A DNA stretch of 64,000 nt, from positions 152,688 to 216,687 of the forward strand of contig CAZLVC010000001.1 of the NCBI GenBank assembly GCA_964562885.1, given 5' to 3'. Within the stretch, counting starts at the first letter, position 1. Each line of letters begins with the position of its first letter. Below the pieces are notes generated by a model, which was not told the DNA's origin, searched no databases, and saw only the letters and a program-made list of their open reading frames with translations. Positions 45,583 through 53,231 of the stretch are shown here, in pieces. The position numbers and the translations under genes are program-made. This stretch comes from an uncultured Candidatus Peribacteria bacterium. GTDB lineage: Bacteria > Patescibacteriota > Gracilibacteria > Peribacterales > Peribacteraceae.

Positions 45583-47061
45583 ATGCTACAAAAACGTTTG
45601 ACGACAGTCATGGCAACTACCCTAGTTTTAGGAGCCGTATTTGGGACAGGCTTGGGTGTTGGTGCTGCGCTTACTGGTTCCGCAATTTTCCGTGATGTTT
45701 CATCGTCGCACTATGCTAATGATGCGATTGGTGAAATGTACAGTTTAGGAATCATCAAGGGTATTGATAGTACCCATTTCGACCCAGATGCTCCACTGAC
45801 GCGTGGACAGGCTGCTTTGCTTTTTCAGCGTTTAAGAAATAATATTCTCGGTATACGATCGAGCTCAACCAGCAGTGTTAGCTCCTCGTCCGTCAATAGT
45901 TCTTCCAGTAGTATTTCAAGTAGTACTGCATCTAGTAGTTCGAGTTCGTCTTCATCATCTTCCAGTAGCTCTAGCCTTGCATATAACGCCGGTGGGTATG
46001 TGCATTTCGATGTCAATCAGTACAATGTTGATAAAAATGTATCGACGGGTCTTGTGACGATTGCGATTGTTCGTACAGGTGGTAACCAAGGGGCTGGTAC
46101 TATCGACTACGCATTTAGTGGCGGTACCGCAATTGCAGGGAAAGATTATCAACCTCTTAAAGGAACATTAACGTTTGGAAGCAAAGAAACAAGTAAGAAG
46201 TTGCAAATGACCATTATGAATAATACCTCGGATATTGCTTCCAGAACTGTAAATTTGGTCCTTAGTCGTCCCACCGGCGCACTTGGTATGAGTTCTCCTA
46301 GTTCTGTTACATTAACTATTAACGATCCTCGAGTGACTTCTGCTTCCTCTTCAAATGCCAGCACATCATCGTCTAGCAGTGCTTCCTCTAGTCCTACGGT
46401 TTCTTTTGGTGCTGCATCGTACGGAGTACAAGAGAATGGTGCGACACTAACAGTGACGGTTGTGCGTACGGGCGTGATTTCAGGTACTTCGAGCGTTGAA
46501 TATTCTACTGGTGATGGTTCTGCTCATTCAGGTGCTGAGTATACTGCTACATCTGGTACGCTTAGTTTTGCTGCGAATGAAGTTTCTAAAACTTTTTCTG
46601 TGACGGTTGTTGATAATACGTCTATTGATGGCAGCAAGAAGTTCAGTGTTCTTTTGCGCAATCCTTCTGCTGGCACTGCGCTTGGTACAAGTGTGGCGGA
46701 AGTAACTATTAACGACAACGAAGCAAGTGTGCTCACGGGAAGTGGCTCGTTTAAATTTAGCACGTCGTCTTACACCGCATTAAAAAGTCAGGGAAAAATA
46801 GATATTACCGTGAGCAGAATTGGAGCATTTTTCCCTGCAACAGTAAATTATACGACCAATAATGGTTCTGCTGCTGCTGGAACTGATTATACTGCTACGA
46901 GTGGTACGTTGTCGTTTGCTCAGGGTGAAACAAGTAAAATGTTTACCGTTCCCTTTGCTGCGTCTGCAGGAGGAAAGACGGTGAATCTTAGTCTTAATAG
47001 CCCAACAAATGGAGTTACTCTTTCGGATCCTTCCTTTGCATCTATCACCATTAATAATTAG
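45583..47061 (+). CDS. Surface protein: SLH domain, Ser-rich linker, four Calx-beta-like repeats
   Basis: Signal peptide and an SLH-like segment (YANDAIGEMYSLGIIKG...FDPDAPLTRGQAA). Repeats of the form GTxDYxxxxGTAxAGxDYxxxxGTLxFxxxExxKxF. Confidence 0.85.
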   Translation: MLQKRLTTVMATTLVLGAVFGTGLGVGAALTGSAIFRDVSSSHYANDAIGEMYSLGIIKGIDSTHFDPDAPLTRGQAALLFQRLRNNILGIRSSSTSSVSSSSVNSSSSSISSSTASSSSSSSSSSSSSSSLAYNAGGYVHFDVNQYNVDKNVSTGLVTIAIVRTGGNQGAGTIDYAFSGGTAIAGKDYQPLKGTLTFGSKETSKKLQMTIMNNTSDIASRTVNLVLSRPTGALGMSSPSSVTLTINDPRVTSASSSNASTSSSSSASSSPTVSFGAASYGVQENGATLTVTVVRTGVISGTSSVEYSTGDGSAHSGAEYTATSGTLSFAANEVSKTFSVTVVDNTSIDGSKKFSVLLRNPSAGTALGTSVAEVTINDNEASVLTGSGSFKFSTSSYTALKSQGKIDITVSRIGAFFPATVNYTTNNGSAAAGTDYTATSGTLSFAQGETSKMFTVPFAASAGGKTVNLSLNSPTNGVTLSDPSFASITINN

Positions 47062-47078
47062 TGACGTTCTATAACAGT

Positions 47079-47114
47079 ATCCCTCCATGCGACCCAGTAT
47101 GGAGGGATTTTTTT
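47079..47114 (+). terminator. Intrinsic terminator after the SLH/Calx-beta gene
   Basis: ATCCCTCCAT - 10 nt - ATGGAGGGAT followed by T6. Confidence 0.8.
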
Positions 47115-47260
47115 ATCCCGCACCGCAGAAAGCCCTGACCGTTAGGTTAGGAATGAATGCGAGAGGAACAGTGGAGGTTGCTTAAGGTGCGGGATTTCGC
47201 AGGGAGTACCGAAGGTGCATTCATGGAAACCTCGACCGTAAGCTCGAGGAGCTTCATTCC
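47115..47260. ncRNA. Unclassified structured RNA element between convergent genes
   Basis: A 10-bp perfect stem (47115-47124 / 47186-47195) closes a 61-nt purine-rich loop. Downstream segments are complementary to that loop, so pseudoknots are possible. About 54% G+C by hand count. Confidence 0.45.
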
Positions 47261-47263
47261 ACA

Positions 47264-48034
47264 CTAATAGAATACGTGCCACAGAATCAGTGCCATGAGT
47301 ATTCGATAGAATCCAAATACTTTAAACGAGTGATGTTGTACGTATGTCACTAACCATTGCATTGCTATAAGTGCTGTGAGGAATGCTACTGAAAATCCAA
47401 GGAAGATGATCCACAAATCTTCCAAAGAAAAAAGGTGATATGAATCTTTTAATTCAAGAATACTTGCCCCAAGCATTGTAGGTACTGCCAGAAAAAAGGA
47501 AAATTCAACAATAATTGGGCGTGAAATTCCTAGCAGTAATCCAGCGATAATTGTCGCTGCTGATCGTGAAGTTCCTGGAATAAGTGCAAGCATTTGACCT
47601 ACTCCAATTGCGATAGATTGAGGCAGAGAAATATTCTCTATTCTTTCTATAATGTTTACTTCCTGCTTCATGTTGTTTTCCATGAGGATGAGCGCGATTC
47701 CTCCGATGATCATTGCAAGGAGGACAATGACCTCATTGCCCAGGAGATGTTTTTTTACGAGACCATGCAGTAAGCCCCCAATCGCCATTGTTGGAATACA
47801 AGCTCCTATGAGTGGTTTCCATATTTTTGTATTGAGGAAGATTTTTTTTGCGTATACAACCATAACTGCAGAAATCGCACCACACTGAATAATGACATCA
47901 AAGCTTTTGATGATGGATGTTTGTTCGATATGAAGAATCTTTTGAGCAAGAATTAAGTGCCCCGTTGATGAAATTGGTAGAAATTCTGTAAGACCTTCAA
48001 TTATGCCTAAAATCACTACTAAAGTACTATTCAT
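47264..48034 (-). CDS. uppP: Undecaprenyl-diphosphate phosphatase
   Basis: GIIEGLTEFLPISSTGHL motif and 8 TM spans. Confidence 0.95.
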   Translation of the reverse strand: MNSTLVVILGIIEGLTEFLPISSTGHLILAQKILHIEQTSIIKSFDVIIQCGAISAVMVVYAKKIFLNTKIWKPLIGACIPTMAIGGLLHGLVKKHLLGNEVIVLLAMIIGGIALILMENNMKQEVNIIERIENISLPQSIAIGVGQMLALIPGTSRSAATIIAGLLLGISRPIIVEFSFFLAVPTMLGASILELKDSYHLFSLEDLWIIFLGFSVAFLTALIAMQWLVTYVQHHSFKVFGFYRILMALILWHVFY

Positions 48035-48414
48035 TGTAGTAGCAGAACGATGGATGGCAGCAGTAGCAGCAGAATAGCAACTCCGTGCATAACGAGGGCA
48101 ATGAGTGAAGCAGCAGATGCAACGTCTTTGGTTAATTTAATGCCAATATGATAGTGACCCTGGTATGCCTTTTTCTGAGTGTCATCTAGCGTTTCGGCTA
48201 GTCTTTCCAGTGCAGTATTTAGTAATTCTATACTGATGAATATCGCGCCGCTGAGAAGAATGATGATCATCTTTAAAGTGTTGATTTTGAGAAAAAAACA
48301 AAGCCCAATTACCAGAATTTCTCCCACGATAAAGAAGCGAAGATTTCTTTCGGTTAGTATGGCATGTATAAGGCCGTGCACCGAGTGCGTAAAACTCTTC
48401 ACTGCTTTTTTCAT
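48031..48414 (-). CDS. dgkA: Diacylglycerol kinase family protein (prokaryotic DgkA type)
   Basis: 127 aa, 3 TM spans, ELLNTALE motif. Overlaps uppP by 4 nt. Confidence 0.88.
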   Translation of the reverse strand: MKKAVKSFTHSVHGLIHAILTERNLRFFIVGEILVIGLCFFLKINTLKMIIILLSGAIFISIELLNTALERLAETLDDTQKKAYQGHYHIGIKLTKDVASAASLIALVMHGVAILLLLLPSIVLLLQ

Positions 48415-48422
48415 AGAATGAA

Positions 48423-49688
48423 TTACGATGAAATACCAGGAACAGGAAATTGTCGACAGAAGTTTTTTACTTCTTCGTGTAGCGATGCAATAGCAGATGG
48501 ATCCTCACGTGCTGCAATTGCCCGCAACATGAAGCCTCCTAATGTTTGCATGTCTTTTTCCTTCATTCCTCTCGTTGTAATCGCAGGTGTTCCTAGTCGT
48601 ACTCCTGAAGGGTCCATAGGCTTACGCGTGTCATTAGCGATCATATTTTTATTGAGCGTAATTCCAATGCGATCAAAAAGATGTTCTACCTCACTTCCGC
48701 CTAAATTCCAAGACTGCACACAGTCGATTAGCATGAGATGATTATCTGTACCATTGGTGACAAGTTTCACGCCTTTTTCCATAAAGTAAGCAGCGAGATG
48801 CTTACTGTTCTTAATAATTTGTGCTGCGTATTCTTTAAATTCTGGTTTTTGTGCTTCGCCTAGCGCCACTGCTTTTGCAGCAATCATTTGCATAATTGGA
48901 CCTCCTTGCACTCCGGGGAAAATAGATTTATCAATTTTTTTTCCTAGCTCTGCTTCTCGTGCCATGATCATGCCACCACGAGGGCCTCGTAATGACTTGT
49001 GCGTTGTTGTGGTGATGATATCAAATCCATCATGGAAAGGGTTACGGAGTACTTTTCCTGCAATCATCCCAGCTATATGCGCCATGTCCGCAACGGTAAT
49101 TGCACCCACTTCATCGGCGATCGATTTCATTTTTGCGTAGTTTAATTCCCGTGGATATGCAGAAAATCCTGCAAGAATTATTTTTGGTTTTTCTTTTTTT
49201 GCGACTTCGCGCATTTCGTCGTAGTCAATTTCGCCAGTTTCAACGTCTTTCATTTTATAACGTACAAATTTAAATATTTTGGTGAGGTAGGTGACAGGGT
49301 GACCGTGGGTGAGGTGCCCTCCATGACTTAAGTCCATCCCCATCACAGTGTCCCCAGGTTCTAGGAGTGCAAAATACATTGCAAGGTTTGCTGGAGCACC
49401 CGCATGTGGCTGCACATTTGCATGAGCACAATCAAAGAGGGCTTTCGCACGTTCAATTGCAAGGTTTTCTACAATATCTGTGTATTCCTGGCCTCCGTAG
49501 TATCGTTTTCCTGGATATCCTTCAGAATATTTATTATTAAAAACTGTTCCCATCACTTCTAATACTGCTGGCGAAACATAATTTTCTGATGCAATGAGCT
49601 CTACTCCTTCTGTTTGTCGCTTCATTTCGCCTATGAGCGCTTGATAAATATTGGGATCTGCTTTTTGAAGATGTGAGTAGGTGAACAT
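48423..49688 (-). CDS. glyA: Serine hydroxymethyltransferase
   Basis: ELIASENY, HLTHGH and the TTTHKSLRGPRGG PLP-lysine motif. Confidence 0.97.
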   Translation of the reverse strand: MFTYSHLQKADPNIYQALIGEMKRQTEGVELIASENYVSPAVLEVMGTVFNNKYSEGYPGKRYYGGQEYTDIVENLAIERAKALFDCAHANVQPHAGAPANLAMYFALLEPGDTVMGMDLSHGGHLTHGHPVTYLTKIFKFVRYKMKDVETGEIDYDEMREVAKKEKPKIILAGFSAYPRELNYAKMKSIADEVGAITVADMAHIAGMIAGKVLRNPFHDGFDIITTTTHKSLRGPRGGMIMAREAELGKKIDKSIFPGVQGGPIMQMIAAKAVALGEAQKPEFKEYAAQIIKNSKHLAAYFMEKGVKLVTNGTDNHLMLIDCVQSWNLGGSEVEHLFDRIGITLNKNMIANDTRKPMDPSGVRLGTPAITTRGMKEKDMQTLGGFMLRAIAAREDPSAIASLHEEVKNFCRQFPVPGISS

Positions 49689-49756
49689 GCCTTAAGCATA
49701 ATGTACAAAGTCCTTTCACGGAAGTTCATCGATCTTTTTTTTCATGCATCTCCATT

Positions 49757-50344
49757 TTATTTTTTTGCAGGTTGATAGATTTTTGTAGATGTTATCACGA
49801 TATCTACTCTTTCGTCATGCGGTTCATGTGGAATTTCTTGCACTACTTGGCAGTCGAAACATACTCCTACGTACATTGTGGCAGGGTTTCGAATTCTCTG
49901 TTTTTGGATCCATCGATCGTATCCTCCACTTCCACGACCTAATCGTATTCCTTGCTTTGTAAAAGCTCTTCCCGGAACGAGAACAATGTCGATATGCTCT
50001 TCATTGATGCGTTCGTTACCTTGTTTCGCACGGGGTATTCCAGTTTTTTCATCCTTCTCAATATCATCTAAGTTCTCTATTTTTTCCATCATCATCCCAT
50101 GCTTTTCTGCCCTGGGGATGCAAAGAGCATTCTCCTTTTTTATTGCATCCTCAATGAATGGGCGAATATTTGGTTCGTCAAGAAATGGAGAAAAGATAGC
50201 AATGATTTTTTTTTCCGATCCTGTCATGTTCTTTAGTTCACGAACGATGACCGCACTTTCGACTCGACGATCGTTTTCGCTCATTTTTTGCAACCGTTCC
50301 TTTATTGAACGACGTATGTTCGCTTTTTGTAAGGTGTATTGCAT
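49757..50344 (-). CDS. 5-formyltetrahydrofolate cyclo-ligase
   Basis: VLVPGRAFTKQGIRLGRGSGGYDR motif. The start at 50344 lies 13 nt after the dnaX stop. Confidence 0.86.
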   Translation of the reverse strand: MQYTLQKANIRRSIKERLQKMSENDRRVESAVIVRELKNMTGSEKKIIAIFSPFLDEPNIRPFIEDAIKKENALCIPRAEKHGMMMEKIENLDDIEKDEKTGIPRAKQGNERINEEHIDIVLVPGRAFTKQGIRLGRGSGGYDRWIQKQRIRNPATMYVGVCFDCQVVQEIPHEPHDERVDIVITSTKIYQPAKK

Positions 50345-50357
50345 ACAGGAACGCGTG

Positions 50358-51809
50358 TTATGCATTAAAGCCAAAGACTTCGGCTGCTGCTTCTGCTAAA
50401 TCAGTATTGGGTGATACGTTTGTACTTCTTTTTTCAGTTTCCAGAATACACTGAATTTCAATGGGTACTTTAAAGATTCCTTGTAGGACTTCTTCCACTC
50501 CTCTACTTGCCTTAATGTCTTGTACCTTATCTCGATGAAAGGCTGATTCGAATACAAAAGTAACCTTTGTGCCCTCTACATTTTGTATTGATGCATTTTT
50601 TAAGCTCATACGTACCGACGGTGGTTGTATGTTTTTGATGATCGCATCCCAATTTTTCAGTATTTCTTCCTTTGACACTTCTGCCACACTGATAATTGAA
50701 GGCCTTTTTTCTTCAGGTATGTTTTGCTCATTTCGCTCTTCTTTACTCATGGGTGTTTCAACTTTTTTTGGCGCATGAAGTACGGATAGTGACTTTTCTT
50801 TTCCCTCATGGATTCCAATAAGTTCTAATAGTCCTGTTTCTAGTACAAGGCCAGGAAGGGGGGAATGTCGAATATTTTTTAATGTTTGTAGTAGTCGGCT
50901 TATCATAGCTGCAAAAACTGAAGCATCTTTTTTTTCTTCTAGTGCAGTGTGCATTTCCGTCCGCAAGAATGACAGGATATCAACGATGACACTGTCCAGA
51001 GGAATATTAGCTTCTTCAATTTTGCCCACAATGATCGTCATTGCATGGGTGTCTTTTTTTTGAATTGCTTCAATAATATCGCTGACATAATGTATGCTTG
51101 TTGCACCAATACGATCAGTGACTTCTTCCAGAGTAATTTTTGGGGATGTTCGAAGTTGATCAAGGAGCGAAATTCCGTCTCGAAAACTGCCTAATGCATG
51201 TTTGGCAATCGCACGCAGTGCATCGCGCTCAATGGAGATTTTTTCCTGATCAACAATGTACTGTAGTCTGCGCACAATATCTTCATCTTTTACTCGTTTA
51301 AACAAAAATCGCTGACAACGCGATTGAATAGTATCTGGGACTTTGTGCAATTCCGTTGTAGCAAGAATGAAGTATGCATACTCTGGCGGTTCTTCCAGTG
51401 TTTTTAGTAGCGCGTTAAATGCTTCTTTTGTTAACATGTGTACTTCGTCGATGATGTAGACTTTTGCACGTGAAACAGACGGTGCAAATCCTATTTTTTC
51501 AATGAGTTCGCGAATATCATCAATGCGTCTATTACTTGCTGCATCGATCTCAATGAAATCTACAAGATTTCCTTCCTCAATAGATTTTGTCATGTGTTTG
51601 AGAATAACTGGATCATCAATGCCACGTAGTAAAATAGTTTTAGCGATAATGCGTGCTACAGATGTTTTGCCTGTTCCACGCGTGCCCGAGAGTAAATACG
51701 CATGCGATAAACGATCTTGCGCTACTGCATTCTCGAGCGTTGTGACCACATGGTCTTGTCCTACAACATCCGCAAAAGATAGAGGCCGATATTGTAGATA
51801 GAGTGTCAT
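50358..51809 (-). CDS. dnaX: DNA polymerase III subunit tau (possibly tau/gamma)
   Basis: YRP..F..VVGQ, Walker A GTRGTGKTS, IIDEVHML and the SRCQRF sensor motif. Confidence 0.95.
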   Translation of the reverse strand: MTLYLQYRPLSFADVVGQDHVVTTLENAVAQDRLSHAYLLSGTRGTGKTSVARIIAKTILLRGIDDPVILKHMTKSIEEGNLVDFIEIDAASNRRIDDIRELIEKIGFAPSVSRAKVYIIDEVHMLTKEAFNALLKTLEEPPEYAYFILATTELHKVPDTIQSRCQRFLFKRVKDEDIVRRLQYIVDQEKISIERDALRAIAKHALGSFRDGISLLDQLRTSPKITLEEVTDRIGATSIHYVSDIIEAIQKKDTHAMTIIVGKIEEANIPLDSVIVDILSFLRTEMHTALEEKKDASVFAAMISRLLQTLKNIRHSPLPGLVLETGLLELIGIHEGKEKSLSVLHAPKKVETPMSKEERNEQNIPEEKRPSIISVAEVSKEEILKNWDAIIKNIQPPSVRMSLKNASIQNVEGTKVTFVFESAFHRDKVQDIKASRGVEEVLQGIFKVPIEIQCILETEKRSTNVSPNTDLAEAAAEVFGFNA

Positions 51810-51945
51810 TATTTTTATCGTACAGCATTCGCTGAATTCGTGCTATTTTTCAGCTCTAAAAAGATGTACGATAGTATTCGACGATCGAGTGCCGATGACT
51901 CGTATGGTGTATTCTTTCGTTTTTTGTTTCTTTACCTCATTTTCT

Positions 51946-52551
51946 ATGAAGTTCGTACACTTTTCACTTGGCTTTCTGACGTTACTTGCTCTTAGCGGTT
52001 GCGGTATTGATACCACAGGCATTAGTCCTGAGAGTTCAAAGCAGCCAGCAGGTTCATTAACAGCTTCAGTCGTGGTGACCGAATTTGCAGATTTACAGTG
52101 CCCTGCTTGTAAAAATGCTCACATACTCATCACCAAACCTTTACTTGAGAAGTACGGTCAGCGTATTCGTTTCGAATTTAAACATTTTCCACTCCGTCAG
52201 GCACATCCTTTTGCTTTTACAGCTGCCCAAGCTTTAGAGTGCGCATCTGATCAAGGTAAATTTTGGGAATATCTCGACTATAATTACGAACATCAAGATC
52301 AACTCTCGACTCGTCCTTACATGGTGTGGGCTCAAACATTAGGCCTCGATACTAGTCTTTTTGAACGTTGCCTCGAGTCTGGTATTAAAAAAGATGCAGT
52401 GAATACGGATGCCGAAGAGGGGAATGCATTGAAGGTTGATTCGACTCCTACTTATTTCGTCAATGATACTGAAGTAAAACTTGAAAAAGCTGATGATCTA
52501 CAAACAGCAGTTGATGCTGCACTATCGAGCGTCAACAATATTGCATTGTAA
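51946..52551 (+). CDS. DsbA-family thiol:disulfide oxidoreductase lipoprotein
   Basis: Lipobox LALSGC and CPAC active site (FADLQCPACK). Confidence 0.85.
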   Translation: MKFVHFSLGFLTLLALSGCGIDTTGISPESSKQPAGSLTASVVVTEFADLQCPACKNAHILITKPLLEKYGQRIRFEFKHFPLRQAHPFAFTAAQALECASDQGKFWEYLDYNYEHQDQLSTRPYMVWAQTLGLDTSLFERCLESGIKKDAVNTDAEEGNALKVDSTPTYFVNDTEVKLEKADDLQTAVDAALSSVNNIAL

Positions 52552-52598
52552 CTTCTTCTTGTTCGTTCATAAAAGTGGATGATGGTCATCCACTTTTT

Positions 52599-53180
52599 TT
52601 AGCGACTCGATAATTGTGTAAATGCATGGAGTCTTTTTAGCACAATATCCCAAAGTACGACGGTGCGATACAGTTCGGGTCGTGCCTGATGAGGCACTTG
52701 ATAGGTTTGTGCGCCATAAACGCCTTGTATTTCCCCTAAATCAATTGCAGTTGTATCTGGAAATACGACATCTCGTGGATCAACAGCTTGTGTTAGGTAT
52801 ACATGGAGGTTAATACCAGGTTCGACGGAAAAATCTGAGGAGAGAAATAGTTGATCGTGAAGATAGGCAGCAAAACCGTGTGCATCGCTTTGTATGGGTA
52901 TTAATGCTCCTTGCATTGCTTCGCTTAACATTTCGCGCGCATCTGCTGCTATTTTTTTCGCTTCGCCAATTTGCTGATTTATAACCTTCATCATCGTCTC
53001 GTCTTTGGTGATTGGGTCTTCATTAATGACAAGGTTTGCAAGCGCATCGGCAAGTTCGTCACCATACCGCGAAGCAGTAAGAGGATTTTGATTGTGTGAA
53101 GATATTGTGCTTTTGGCCCCACTACACCCTCCAAGAAGGATAATGGAGAGTGCAAGAGCTAAGGTGGACATTTTGTTCAT
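52599..53180 (-). CDS. Lipoprotein with C-terminal DM13-like domain
   Basis: The signal peptide ends in LLGGC. The C-terminal region (FLSSDFSVEPGINLHVYLT) resembles the DM13 pattern (dF.v..GPdL.VyL). Confidence 0.6.
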   Translation of the reverse strand: MNKMSTLALALSIILLGGCSGAKSTISSHNQNPLTASRYGDELADALANLVINEDPITKDETMMKVINQQIGEAKKIAADAREMLSEAMQGALIPIQSDAHGFAAYLHDQLFLSSDFSVEPGINLHVYLTQAVDPRDVVFPDTTAIDLGEIQGVYGAQTYQVPHQARPELYRTVVLWDIVLKRLHAFTQLSSR

Positions 53181-53231
53181 GTTTTATGCGGGGGAAATTG
53201 AAGATGATAAAAGTGGAATGGTAGACATATC

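Noticed and set aside
45860-45975. Ser-codon-rich DNA (AGT/AGC/TCN runs) as a tandem repeat or contingency locus.
   Set aside because: It is an imperfect, codon-heterogeneous Ser linker inside the SLH/Calx-beta gene, not a true microsatellite.
47115-47260. 4.5S/SRP RNA, or a THF/ZTP riboswitch linked to the folate genes.
   Set aside because: There is no SRP domain IV consensus. The element lies downstream of the glyA operon, not upstream, and I see no ZTP or THF consensus strings.
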